Shown: positions 27,448-38,164 of the stretch, in pieces | Layout of the letters: every line of letters starts with the position of its first letter | How positions within the stretch are numbered: position 1 is the first letter of the stretch | Virus record (IMG/VR): IMGVR_UViG_3300028591_008352 | Span: 13,106 to 77,105 of that record | Length of the DNA stretch: 64,000 bases | Strand: one strand, 5' to 3' | DNA from: a virus | Taxonomy: Duplodnaviria; Caudoviricetes | Notes under the pieces: generated by a model | Database searches by the model: none | The model's input: the letters and a program-made list of their open reading frames with translations, nothing else | Told to the model about the DNA's origin: nothing | Translations under genes and position numbers: made by a program

Positions 27448-27520
27448 CGCGGTGTGGAGCAGTTGGCAGCTCGCTTGGCTCATAACCAAGAGGTCGGGGG
27501 TTCGAGTCCTCCCTCCGCAA
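27448..27520 (+). tRNA. tRNA-Met(CAT), initiator-like, no encoded CCA
   Basis: Cloverleaf: D stem GAGC/GCTC, anticodon stem CTTGG/CCAAG with loop CTCATAA, T arm GGGGG-TTCGAGT-CCTCC; C1-A72 and U6-U67 mismatches. Confidence 0.9.
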
Positions 27521-27524
27521 CTCT

Positions 27525-28259
27525 ATGGCAAACAGGAAAATGGGAAACAGGGAACTTGACAGGGAACTTGCGGATATCATAACTGCAAGGCCTCACGATT
27601 TTTCCGTAGGGCGCAAGCACCTGCGCCTCTTCCCCGTCACACTTGCCAAGAAGTGCAAGTTGCAACCATATCTTGATGCCATTGGCGCCAACACCAAGGC
27701 GCTAATGATGAATCCCTACCTCGAGGCACTCCGCATCGTAAGCGGACACCGTAGGGAATGCTGCTCCATCCTGGCTATCCATACCGCCCCGAACACCTAC
27801 AAGGATCTGCACGACAAGCAGAGCCTGGCAGTCCGCAGGAACTTGATAAACAAATTGTCCGACGGTGACTTGTCGGCTTTGATGATTGAGGTTCTCATGG
27901 CAGACAAGACGGAACAGGTAATAGCGCACCTTGGACTCGACCGCGAACACGAGAGAGTCAGAAAGGTAATGGCCGTTAAAAAAGGGAGCAAGAACAACCT
28001 GACCTTCGGCGGACTTACCATTTTCGGTTCGTTCATTGGACCGCTGAAGGAAATCGGGTACAGTGACGATGAAATACTTTTCGAACGCCCCTACTCCTTC
28101 CTGCGCCTAATGCTTGCAGACAAGATGACATCCATATACTTGAGCGACGACGAACTGCAAGGCGTAAGTGAGGAAGATGGCGGAACAATGATTGACGGAA
28201 ACGACCCGGACTCATTCGGGAAGCTGAAGTCTATGCTTAAACGTGTAAAATTCAACTGA
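27525..28259 (+). CDS. Tail assembly chaperone
   Basis: Between tail tube and tape measure genes. Confidence 0.7.
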   Translation: MANRKMGNRELDRELADIITARPHDFSVGRKHLRLFPVTLAKKCKLQPYLDAIGANTKALMMNPYLEALRIVSGHRRECCSILAIHTAPNTYKDLHDKQSLAVRRNLINKLSDGDLSALMIEVLMADKTEQVIAHLGLDREHERVRKVMAVKKGSKNNLTFGGLTIFGSFIGPLKEIGYSDDEILFERPYSFLRLMLADKMTSIYLSDDELQGVSEEDGGTMIDGNDPDSFGKLKSMLKRVKFN

Positions 28260-28261
28260 CC

Positions 28262-31200
28262 ATGGACGACGAAGTACTGTCATTCTCTGCCGAATTGGAG
28301 GAAAAGGGGTTTGTCGAAGGCATGAACAAACTCCTGGAAGCAATTCACGGCATGGCAGAGGAAGTGAAGAAGACGGGCATGACCGTTGACCAGTTCTCTA
28401 CCAAGGCTCTTGCCTCATTCGACACCATGACTGCAGCTATCAACCGTCAGGCCCAGGCACAGGGCAGGGCTGGCAAGGCTGGGCGTGACGCCTCCGAGGC
28501 AGAACGCCAAGGTGCCGACAATGCTACAGAGGCCATCGGCAGGACTGGCAGGGCAACCGACGAACTCGGCAGGAAGCTGCAGAAGGCAGGCGACGAGGGT
28601 TCCGTAAGCTTCGGCAAGATGGCAAAATACGCCGCAGGGTTCTTCACGCTGCAGAAGGCCAAGGAGTTCGGGCAAAAGATGTTCGACGTCCGCAAGGAGA
28701 TGGAAAGCCTGCAAGTATCGTTCGAGACGCTTGCGGGAGCTGATGTCGGCAAGCAACTGTATGAGGACATCAAGCAATTCACCCTTAACACCCCAATGAT
28801 GATGGGTGACTTTGCGAAGGGCGCGCAAACATTACTCGGCTTCAACATCGAGGCGCAGAAGGTGATGCCCATATTAAAGCAGATAGGCGATATCAGCATG
28901 GGCGACTCGCAGAAATTCAATTCTCTCACCCTTGCTTTTGCACAAATGTCGTCAACTGGCAAGTTGATGGGACAGGACTTGCTGCAGATGATTAACGCCG
29001 GCTTCAATCCCCTTGTGGTCATCAGCGAGAAAACGGGAAAGTCAGTAGCCGAGCTGAAAGACGAGATGTCGAAGGGTGCCATTTCCGTAGAGATGGTGGA
29101 AGAGGCATTCCGCAGCGCGACGGAAGAGGGCGGAAAGTTCCATGGAATGCTCGAGCAACAGTCCAAGACTCTCGGGGGCGCATACTCCAACCTGCTTGGT
29201 GCCATCGACGAGATGTTCAACGAGATTGGCGAGAAGTCGGAGGGAATAATGGCTGGTGCCATCGATACGGCTACGCTTCTTGCACGGAACTACGAAATGG
29301 TAGGCAAGGTGATTATTGGGTTGGTTGCCACGTATGGAACCTATAAGGCAGCAGTGATGACCGTTACAGCTGTCGAGAGGATACAGGCGCTGTCGCGACT
29401 TGCCCACATCAAGCAAATGACGCTACTTCAGTTGGCCACAGACATCCTGACAAGGAAAACTGCCCTGCTGAATGCTACAATGCTCGCAAATCCTTATGTG
29501 CTTGCAGCTACGGCAATAGGTGCGCTGGTAAGTGCAATGGTCATCGGTATCAAGCACACGGACGTGCTCGCAGACGGGCAGAAGAAACTCAACGAGACCT
29601 ATGCCGAAGCCGAGGGTGCAGCCGCAAAGGAGCAGAGAAAGATTGACGATCTGTTCGGCACACTTAGAAAGGCTAAAAATGGTACCGAAGAGTGGAAGAA
29701 TGCGAAGAGCGCAATACTGAGTCAATACGGAGGCTATCTGAAAAGACTTGGTACTGAAGTCAGTAGTCTGAAGGACGTGGAAAGTGCCTACCGTGCAGTA
29801 AGTCGTGCAGCAAGGGATGCCGCTATGGCTCGCGGTATGGAGGCTGCTATCGGCAACATCAACAATGACTACGGTGACACTTATTCGAAGAACTTCGACA
29901 AGATACGCAACAGCCTAAAGTCTCGGTACGGCGAGGATTTTGCATCAAAGCAAATGAATTTGCTCCGTATTCACATGCAGCGCAATGGCGGACTTATCAG
30001 CGACAACAACAAGGAAGCCTTGAAGGGAATTATGCGCGGCACATCTGACTACGGCAATATGGATTCGTGGGTAACTGCGCTGAACAATGCCGAGAAGAAC
30101 CGCCAACAGTTATTGAAGGAAGCTCAGGAAAAGTTCGGCAAGTTGAATGCCCAGATATTCGATGCAGCGGAAAATCCTGAAGGAACGGGCAAGCATAATG
30201 TCCGCAACAAAAGAGCCATTGAAGAAGATAAGAAGAAGGCCCAGGCAGAACTTGATTCATTGGAAGCAATAGACGCTGCAGGTAAGAAGGGCGCAGCACT
30301 GCGCAAGAAGATTGCTGGTTATAACAAGGAATTGGAATCATATAGCGCCTCCTCTGACAAGAAGGCTGCCACGGAAGCAGCAAAACAATGGAAGGAGACC
30401 GTCAAAAGCAATGCAGCAACCATTCAGGAAGAGCGTCGGTACCAGGAAGAACTTGACAAATACACCCTTCAAGCCGAGCAAGCCCGCTCTGATGCAAGGA
30501 TCGCAGCCATAAGGAACGATGCCGAGCGTGAGAGAGCCGAGCAGGACGAGCAGCACAGAAGAAGTCTCCAGCAGATAGCCGAGTTGGCAGACGAAATGCG
30601 CAAGGCCATCTACGAGCATAACAAGAAGGCATGGGAAGCCGAGCACAAGGATTCCCCTTACGAACTGACCGAGGAGGGTGGGAAAGGCTGGAAGGAAATA
30701 AGTCTATCTGATGACCAGCAGTCCATCATCAACGCACGGTTGAAGAAAGAGAATGCCGAGTATTCCCGTCTGCTTGAAGAAAGACGGAGAAGCGAGAGGC
30801 AGTCCATGTACGACTACATCAAGGAGTACGGAAGCATTCAGCAGCAGCGCCTTGCTATTACAAAGGAATACGACGAGAAGATATCCGAGACAAAAGACGC
30901 TACCCAGAAAGCCGTCTTGGAACAGCGGAAGAAGCAGGATCTTTCATCTGTCGACTATAATGCAATACAGCAGTCCATCGACTGGGAATCCGTGTTCAAC
31001 GACATAGAACGGCTGTCTACGGGTGCGTTGAGGTCTATTCGGGAGAAATTAAAGGCTGCACTTAATGTTGGTGACATCACCCCTGAGAATGCAAAGGTTC
31101 TGTCAGAGAAGATTCTTGAAATCGAAGACAGGATTTCGGAGAGGTCAAATGTATGGTCTTCCCTCATTCCTGCATTGAAGGAAAGGGAGAGGATTACCCG

Positions 31201-33112
31201 CCAGATCGCTCAGGCTGAGGACGAGGTAACAAGGGCTACAAACGAGAGTGCCGAGGCAATAATGAAGATGCACGCTGCCGAGGTTAATGCTCAGAAAGTT
31301 ATCAAGGAGAGGACCGGAAAGGATGTGAGCCTTGACGACTTCAGGGCAAAGACGGCAGATGAAATCGTCAGCAGCCTTGGACTGTCCGATCTGAAGAACG
31401 CTAATGGTGAGAATGTCAAATCGATCGAGGATATAACGCAAGCCATCAACGCTGCCATCATTGCCGTTACCGATGCCACGGAGGCGGAAGAGAACCTTAC
31501 GCAGGCTCGTGGCAAATCCCAGAACCTCAAGGATATCCTTGGCGGTTTCAAGGGAAAGGGCATAGGAGGAGCCATATCTGACATCTTCAAGAATGCGACT
31601 GGCAACTTCAGTGCAATGGGAATCGTCAACATGGCGAACCAGAACGTACAGAGCCTTGCAGAGCTTACAGAAACCCTTAATCTGTCAGAAACTCATTTCG
31701 GGACGTTCGTTAACGACTTCGCCAGTGCCACCAGTTCTTTCACCAGTTCCGTCCAGTCCCTTGCAAGCGGTGATGTCGCTGGGGCAATCAATGGAGTTGT
31801 CAAGGGCTTTGAGGGCCTGGGGCGCTCCTTTGGAAACATACTTGGAATAGCAATCGATGCGGACTACAGCTCCTATAACAGACTCGTCGAGCAGTATGAC
31901 GAGCTGATAGGCGTATGGGACGAGCTGATAGACCGCAAGAGCGAATATATCGGCATGAGCTACGGCGCTGAGACGCTGAAGGTCGGCAGGGAGGCGTTAG
32001 ACCTCATTGAGAAGCAGGCAGAGGCATACAGGGAGCTTGGCAAGGAAAGGCTCAACGCAGGGTCGTCGGCAGGGTCGAGCTCCATAGGACGCAGAATATC
32101 CAAGAATATGGATGCCGGGGACTGGAAGGGCATAGCGGACAGTCTCGGGTGGTCTGTTGACGAGGCGAAGGAGTTCATCGGCACATCAAGAATGACCGGG
32201 CTGTTCGACCTCACGGCGGAGCAGATTAAAGCCCTGCAGGAAGGCAACCAGGTATGGTGGGCAAAGCTCGACGACGATGTGAGAAAATACCTTGAGAGCA
32301 TCATCGAGAACGAGGAGAAATGGTCCGCCGCGCAAAGCCAGATGATGCAGCAGCTCACCACCACCACGGAGGATAACGTGTTCAGCGGATTCCTCGATGA
32401 CCTCTACGGCATAGCAGACGGTTCAGAGGAAGTATTCGACAACATTGCCGAAAGCTGGCAGCAGATGGTCAACAGAATGGTCATCAACAACCTTGTAGGT
32501 GCGAGGTTTCAGGAATCGCTCAAAGGATGGTACGACGACCTGTACAAGGCAATGCAGAAGCGTTCCGAGAACGGCGACAACAAAGAGTTCAAGAGCGACA
32601 TCGACCGTCTTCAGAAGGAATACGAGGACTATGTACGTGAGGCGCAGGAGGAGATTGAGGTGCTTCGCGGAGTGGGAATCATCAGCGGAAGCGCAGAGGC
32701 TAAAGAGGATAAGAACGCATCGAATGTAATGGCTGACAAGGCTACATACGATCAGTTTGAGAAATACCTTGGCATAGCTACGGCACAGCAGATAACCGAG
32801 GAACAGATCAGGTCCATCCTCCAGAGGTGGGACGGAAATATCAGCCCTGTCGTAAACTTGCCGGAAAGCCAATCCCCTGTTGTGAACGTTGAGACGAAGG
32901 CTGACAACAAGGAAGCGTTGCTCATCATCGAAAACCTACGCTCGATTGCCGATATCACATCATCGAACGGCTCTACTACGAGGGAAATTAGAGAGCTTGT
33001 GAAGACATCCAATGAGTATCTGTTGGATATAAAGAAGTCGAACAGGGAGATACTGGAGGCTATGACGGTGCGAGTTGATAACCTTTACAATCTTATGGAG
33101 AAGAAGCTATGA
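28262..33112 (+). CDS. Tape measure protein
   Basis: 1616 aa, helical; tape-measure core (FETLAG...NTPM...AFAQMSSTGKLMGQDL.QMINAG). Confidence 0.95.
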   Translation: MDDEVLSFSAELEEKGFVEGMNKLLEAIHGMAEEVKKTGMTVDQFSTKALASFDTMTAAINRQAQAQGRAGKAGRDASEAERQGADNATEAIGRTGRATDELGRKLQKAGDEGSVSFGKMAKYAAGFFTLQKAKEFGQKMFDVRKEMESLQVSFETLAGADVGKQLYEDIKQFTLNTPMMMGDFAKGAQTLLGFNIEAQKVMPILKQIGDISMGDSQKFNSLTLAFAQMSSTGKLMGQDLLQMINAGFNPLVVISEKTGKSVAELKDEMSKGAISVEMVEEAFRSATEEGGKFHGMLEQQSKTLGGAYSNLLGAIDEMFNEIGEKSEGIMAGAIDTATLLARNYEMVGKVIIGLVATYGTYKAAVMTVTAVERIQALSRLAHIKQMTLLQLATDILTRKTALLNATMLANPYVLAATAIGALVSAMVIGIKHTDVLADGQKKLNETYAEAEGAAAKEQRKIDDLFGTLRKAKNGTEEWKNAKSAILSQYGGYLKRLGTEVSSLKDVESAYRAVSRAARDAAMARGMEAAIGNINNDYGDTYSKNFDKIRNSLKSRYGEDFASKQMNLLRIHMQRNGGLISDNNKEALKGIMRGTSDYGNMDSWVTALNNAEKNRQQLLKEAQEKFGKLNAQIFDAAENPEGTGKHNVRNKRAIEEDKKKAQAELDSLEAIDAAGKKGAALRKKIAGYNKELESYSASSDKKAATEAAKQWKETVKSNAATIQEERRYQEELDKYTLQAEQARSDARIAAIRNDAERERAEQDEQHRRSLQQIAELADEMRKAIYEHNKKAWEAEHKDSPYELTEEGGKGWKEISLSDDQQSIINARLKKENAEYSRLLEERRRSERQSMYDYIKEYGSIQQQRLAITKEYDEKISETKDATQKAVLEQRKKQDLSSVDYNAIQQSIDWESVFNDIERLSTGALRSIREKLKAALNVGDITPENAKVLSEKILEIEDRISERSNVWSSLIPALKERERITRQIAQAEDEVTRATNESAEAIMKMHAAEVNAQKVIKERTGKDVSLDDFRAKTADEIVSSLGLSDLKNANGENVKSIEDITQAINAAIIAVTDATEAEENLTQARGKSQNLKDILGGFKGKGIGGAISDIFKNATGNFSAMGIVNMANQNVQSLAELTETLNLSETHFGTFVNDFASATSSFTSSVQSLASGDVAGAINGVVKGFEGLGRSFGNILGIAIDADYSSYNRLVEQYDELIGVWDELIDRKSEYIGMSYGAETLKVGREALDLIEKQAEAYRELGKERLNAGSSAGSSSIGRRISKNMDAGDWKGIADSLGWSVDEAKEFIGTSRMTGLFDLTAEQIKALQEGNQVWWAKLDDDVRKYLESIIENEEKWSAAQSQMMQQLTTTTEDNVFSGFLDDLYGIADGSEEVFDNIAESWQQMVNRMVINNLVGARFQESLKGWYDDLYKAMQKRSENGDNKEFKSDIDRLQKEYEDYVREAQEEIEVLRGVGIISGSAEAKEDKNASNVMADKATYDQFEKYLGIATAQQITEEQIRSILQRWDGNISPVVNLPESQSPVVNVETKADNKEALLIIENLRSIADITSSNGSTTREIRELVKTSNEYLLDIKKSNREILEAMTVRVDNLYNLMEKKL

Positions 33113-33585
33113 CGGAAGAAACATATATCAGGGTTGTAGGAAGCGAGGAATGGATAGACCTGTATGATACATACGGAATCTCGCTTGACGAGACATCGCT
33201 TTCTAAGCTGATGACGCCGGCACCGAACAAACAGCCAACGGAGAACTCGAGCGACATCATGAACGGGAAGAGGCTGAACAGGGAGCCGGGGAACGTGCGC
33301 AAGGACGAGCGGAACGTGCAGCTGACAATCAACATCCATGCAAGGAACAAGGACGAGTTCCTAAGACTATACGGACGCTTCTGTAACGAAGTTCTTGACA
33401 ATGGGTATTTCGACCTTAGAAGCTGTTACAATCCTGGTATGATATACCGCATGACCTACGTCGACTGCCAGCAGTTCAGCGAGTTCATGCTTGAGCTTGG
33501 GAAATTCACCCTGACGCTCAATGAGCCCGACCCTACTAACAGGGGTACTGATGACAAGTGGGATGAAGAAATAGAGGAAGAGTGA
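33109..33585 (+). CDS. Distal tail protein-like
   Basis: Directly after TMP; size. Confidence 0.65.
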   Translation: MTEETYIRVVGSEEWIDLYDTYGISLDETSLSKLMTPAPNKQPTENSSDIMNGKRLNREPGNVRKDERNVQLTINIHARNKDEFLRLYGRFCNEVLDNGYFDLRSCYNPGMIYRMTYVDCQQFSEFMLELGKFTLTLNEPDPTNRGTDDKWDEEIEEE

Positions 33586-36500
33586 TGGAAGGAAGAATCA
33601 ACATATACCAGATGAAGGAGGTAGGCGGCACGTTGAAAGAGACGGTCGTCTACAGGACTTATCTTAGCAGCGAATCGGTGCATGAGGAGGAAATGAGCAT
33701 ATCCAACCTCATACGCCTCTCCTTCGACGGGGAGAGGAATATAACTCTTCCAGCCGGGGCGTACATTAAGCATGGCGGTGTCAAGTACCGTCTGCTCAGT
33801 GCCTACCATCCGAAAGCGAACAACAACAGAAGCTACAAGTACACGCCGGAGTTCCAGCACCCAGTCATGCTCCTCTCACGGATTCCGTATTTCCATCTTG
33901 ACGGTGACACATCGGGAGGCAATCAGGGACACGAACCACCTACTCCAGCGGATGTATGGCGGACGGCCACCAAGGAGTCGGAATGGAGCTTCAGCGGATA
34001 TGCCGCTACGCTTGTGAACGATGTGGTCACATACATGAACCTGTACCTTGGCATGATTGATGGGACGCTTGCATCAGAGCTTGGCGCAGGATGGGAATAT
34101 GTATGCGACAGCTTCGGACAGAAGGTAGTGGAAATATCTGTTCAGGCTTCGGACATCATCAGCGTCGTGTCACAGGCTGCGGAGCAGTGCGGCTGTGAGT
34201 TCCACTTCGACGCAGTACAAAAGATACTCTTCTTCGGTGACGTGGCTAACCAAATGACTGAAACCCCGTTTGTACTGAAAAGCGGCTACAATGTCAGCCA
34301 TGCGAGCGTGACGAGCAACAGCGAGGAATACTATAACCGATATGTCGTAAGGGGCGGCACGACGAACCTCTCCCAGCCTACCTATGCGGGCGGCAATGCA
34401 AGGGTAACGAAGCGCCTCACCCTTGAGGGAATGTATTATTCTGGCACCGGAATAGAAATGTACCCAGATTCCATTCTCGACCTTCGAGGAAACGAAAATG
34501 TACCAGAGTATATACGCTCGGATGCCAACGAGCCCGCACTGACGGGGCAGATAACGATGGACGATGTATATCCTCATCTGAAGGTGTACATCTACAACCC
34601 GAGGGAAAGACGGTGCTACAAGCTTGACGAGGACGGGAACGAGCTTACCGACCAGATTTATTCGAAGTGGTACATTAGGCTTGCATACAAGACCACCGAG
34701 GCGGAGTATGATGAAAATGAGAACCCTCTCTTCATCGCACAGGAGACCTTCGGCGGAACGACCTACTATTGGTACCCTTATGTCATCACGGACGAGATGC
34801 GGATACAGGACACCGACTTGCAGATATCCTTCCTCCCGAACTACGACACGGAGAAATATTCAAGCCCGTTGGTGGGCAGGACGTTCGTAATCGTTCCTTT
34901 CTATGAGAAAACTCAGGAGAACGAGCATAATGTTGACCATATCCCGTTCAACGTGTATGCCGGAGAGTACCGCATAGACTTCGAGGAAGATAACGGGCTG
35001 ATTATTCCGACCGGAGAAGAAGGAGGTCTTTATCCGCAGGGGGCCTCTACCCCGTCCCATGAGAACAACATCGTGTCGGTCATTGGCGTGGCCGTCACGG
35101 AAGAATTGAAGACGGAGGCGAAGTATGAGCTTCTACAGGCTGCTATTGAGTATGTCGGCCAACAGAGGAAGGACAGGAAGACATACTCATTCGATTCCTA
35201 TGTAAGACACTTCCGTCATTATAGGCAGAACCCGAACTTCCGTCTGTATGTCGGTCAGAAGGTTATATACGACGACGGAGGCGACCTTATCGGCGGCACC
35301 TCCATGCGTCTTGAGACGAAGATAAGGAAGCTTGTCACCCGTCTGACCGACCCGGATAACATAAAGATTGAGGTAGGCAATGAAAGAATCGTCGGCAGAA
35401 GGGAAAGCTATGAGAAGAAAGTAGAGACGCTGATAACGTACATCGGCGGTGCTAACGGTGGCAATATGACCGATGCGGACTTCCTGAAGCTGCTCAACAC
35501 GTTCGGCCGCAGGATGTTCCTGTCGAAAGAGCATGATGACACGGCAAAGGGAATCATTACTTTCTTACGGGGGATATGCTTCGGTGCAAGTCAGGACTGG
35601 AAGATAACAGGCGACGGCGATGCAACCCTGCATGACATCAATGCTCAGAATGCTATCTTTAACACGCTCACTGCCCAGAATGCGCACTTCTTCAATCTTA
35701 TCATCGACGAGATAAAGTCGGTCGGAGGCCAGTTGATTATCACCCCGGCTAACTGCCGTATTGACAAGGCTGTTGAACTTGAAAATAACGAGGGGTGGAA
35801 ATGTTACTTCAAGAAGTCAGACGGGAACAAAACGATAAACAACCAGTGGGTGCCCGGTATGCAGGCAATCCATCAGGAGTTTAACGTGGCCGATAATGGC
35901 ACAAGGAATTACTGGCGTGTCGTCACGGCGATTGGCGAAGAGGAGAATGTGGAAATCGACGAAGAAAACACATTCGACTGTCATTACATTGTTCTAGGCA
36001 ACAAACAGGGAGAATATAAGAACGATTCAAGTTTAGGCGACAAGTTTGTTGCTGCACCACAGGCAGGGGATGACATCTCGCAACTCGGATTCAATGAGGC
36101 GTGGTGCCTGGCACAGCCAAACGGCACTCTGCCATCCGACTATAAGCAGTTGGAGAATGCTATCATTCTGTCTGCTTATAACATTCCATTCATCTATACT
36201 GGTCCGTATAAGGAAGACGCTAACGGCATACAAGCACCTTTATATGCAGCGTTTAGCGGAATTAAAGACTTTGTTGTAAAAGAAGACAACCTGTTAGTCG
36301 GAATAGCAGGTAACGGACATACGTTTAAGGGGCGTGTCATTATCGAGCAAGGATCTACCCTTGCTGACGGTAGGGATGTGAACAATCTCGGTGTGCAGGA
36401 AGGGAATCTTCTTCGCAACAGCGGATTTACGGGAGATTATAATAGCATTGAAGTTGACGGGGATATGGATATGTCGGCTGGCACAGAAGTCTATTCCGAA

Positions 36501-38153
36501 CCGCTAAAATATTGGCTTGTGACTGATGCGAATGGTCGTGCAAGTACAAGTGCCGTTGAAGTCATCGAAGAATCAAATGCTGTCAGCGGATATGCTGCTG
36601 TGATTAACGGCAATCTGTCACAGGACATAGATGTGTACCCTGGCACTTGGTATATGCTGATGTTCAAGGCATATATAAGCGACAATACTACTGGAAGACT
36701 AACAATCAACTTAGGTGGGGAAAGTAAGCAAGTGACCGTCACTTATACCACACAAAGATTCGCACTTCCAATCCATACTGGTGAATCTGTAGATGAAGCA
36801 TACAAGAAGTTAGTGCTATCAGGTGAAGGTATAACAGTCTATGACCTTATGCTTGTTCAAGGGAATATCCCGACCGAATACAAGCCATCGGAGAAGGATA
36901 ATGACAAGACACTTGCTGAATTACTCAATCTCGAATATCTCAAAAGGGCAATCTATGAAGCAAACACGGAGATAATTGGCGGTCTGATTATGTCCCAATT
37001 AATCAAGGTCGGTAACTACGTGAACGGCAGGCAAGAGAATACTGGAGGTATGAGCGGACTATACACAGATGGCAACTCTCCTTTCCTCTGGGGTGGCGGC
37101 ACATTTGAGCAGGCTATTGAAACCATTATGTATTATGCCGGCAGAAGACCGGAGCATTATTACGACGAGGAACCCGAAGGTCACGTAAACTTTGCTGTCT
37201 CACATGGGGGGACGGCTATATTGAATGATATTATCCTAAGAGGCTATATCAACGCCATTGGCGGTATATTCAAGAACGTCCGTTCCGCTAACGGCAAATG
37301 GTCGCTTGATGAAGACGGATATATGCGCTGCGTAAACGCATGGATAAGCGGAAGCATATATACTCCTTACACTATCATCAACAATGACAATATCGAAGAC
37401 AACTCGACAATACGGCAAATAACTATCAGATGGGGCATCACGGAAATAACACGTGATGTCAGAGTGCTGAACCTCGAAAAGACAGGGTTCAATCTACAGA
37501 TTGACTATCAGAGTAATGAAAGTATGCCGCTGTTTATCATGTTGCCTGAAGACGACGGCTTAATTGGCGCGGAAGTCAACGTATTCCAAAACTCAATTCA
37601 TAGATGTGCATTAGTGCATATATCGAAGGTAAGCATGGATGATAACCGCTATTATGAATATTTCAATCCTATTCTGCTGAAAGGGCAGAAGATAAAGCTC
37701 AAATGCTTCAAGGATGGAGATACAAACAGGTGGTTTCCTGAAGCGTACACTGATGCGTTACGATTCAGAACACCTTTGGAAATTGCCTATGTAGAAGTGG
37801 AGGTCATTAAAGTAAATGATGAATGGATTCTTCGTGAAATTGTAGGACGCTATCATTCTGAGGCGAGATTCCAATATGTAAGAGATAATGTAGGGAAGTA
37901 TATTGTAACGCTTCCTTCTGACTGGAGAAGCGTAGGTGTAATTGGTTGTGACATTGTTCCGCATTCTTATGTAATGATGGAGTATAACAGAGGTGCCTAT
38001 GCGAGTGTAATAGACAAAGACCCTGTAAACAGCAGCTTTACAATACAGGTAGCCGATGACGATTCTGTTAATGACGGAAACTTCGGATTCACGATATATC
38101 TAAACAGGGATGAAGAGTCAATCGACATAAACCCAATTTTGAATAACGAATAA
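33582..38153 (+). CDS. Large tail tip/baseplate hub protein
   Basis: 1523 aa after Dit; EGNLLRNSGF carbohydrate-binding-like segment. Confidence 0.8.
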   Translation: MMEGRINIYQMKEVGGTLKETVVYRTYLSSESVHEEEMSISNLIRLSFDGERNITLPAGAYIKHGGVKYRLLSAYHPKANNNRSYKYTPEFQHPVMLLSRIPYFHLDGDTSGGNQGHEPPTPADVWRTATKESEWSFSGYAATLVNDVVTYMNLYLGMIDGTLASELGAGWEYVCDSFGQKVVEISVQASDIISVVSQAAEQCGCEFHFDAVQKILFFGDVANQMTETPFVLKSGYNVSHASVTSNSEEYYNRYVVRGGTTNLSQPTYAGGNARVTKRLTLEGMYYSGTGIEMYPDSILDLRGNENVPEYIRSDANEPALTGQITMDDVYPHLKVYIYNPRERRCYKLDEDGNELTDQIYSKWYIRLAYKTTEAEYDENENPLFIAQETFGGTTYYWYPYVITDEMRIQDTDLQISFLPNYDTEKYSSPLVGRTFVIVPFYEKTQENEHNVDHIPFNVYAGEYRIDFEEDNGLIIPTGEEGGLYPQGASTPSHENNIVSVIGVAVTEELKTEAKYELLQAAIEYVGQQRKDRKTYSFDSYVRHFRHYRQNPNFRLYVGQKVIYDDGGDLIGGTSMRLETKIRKLVTRLTDPDNIKIEVGNERIVGRRESYEKKVETLITYIGGANGGNMTDADFLKLLNTFGRRMFLSKEHDDTAKGIITFLRGICFGASQDWKITGDGDATLHDINAQNAIFNTLTAQNAHFFNLIIDEIKSVGGQLIITPANCRIDKAVELENNEGWKCYFKKSDGNKTINNQWVPGMQAIHQEFNVADNGTRNYWRVVTAIGEEENVEIDEENTFDCHYIVLGNKQGEYKNDSSLGDKFVAAPQAGDDISQLGFNEAWCLAQPNGTLPSDYKQLENAIILSAYNIPFIYTGPYKEDANGIQAPLYAAFSGIKDFVVKEDNLLVGIAGNGHTFKGRVIIEQGSTLADGRDVNNLGVQEGNLLRNSGFTGDYNSIEVDGDMDMSAGTEVYSEPLKYWLVTDANGRASTSAVEVIEESNAVSGYAAVINGNLSQDIDVYPGTWYMLMFKAYISDNTTGRLTINLGGESKQVTVTYTTQRFALPIHTGESVDEAYKKLVLSGEGITVYDLMLVQGNIPTEYKPSEKDNDKTLAELLNLEYLKRAIYEANTEIIGGLIMSQLIKVGNYVNGRQENTGGMSGLYTDGNSPFLWGGGTFEQAIETIMYYAGRRPEHYYDEEPEGHVNFAVSHGGTAILNDIILRGYINAIGGIFKNVRSANGKWSLDEDGYMRCVNAWISGSIYTPYTIINNDNIEDNSTIRQITIRWGITEITRDVRVLNLEKTGFNLQIDYQSNESMPLFIMLPEDDGLIGAEVNVFQNSIHRCALVHISKVSMDDNRYYEYFNPILLKGQKIKLKCFKDGDTNRWFPEAYTDALRFRTPLEIAYVEVEVIKVNDEWILREIVGRYHSEARFQYVRDNVGKYIVTLPSDWRSVGVIGCDIVPHSYVMMEYNRGAYASVIDKDPVNSSFTIQVADDDSVNDGNFGFTIYLNRDEESIDINPILNNE

Positions 38154-38164
38154 AAAAACGAAAT

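Noticed and set aside
27525-28259. Programmed frameshift in the tail assembly chaperone
   Set aside because: A single ORF runs up to the TMP start and no in-frame X XXY YYZ slippery site was found
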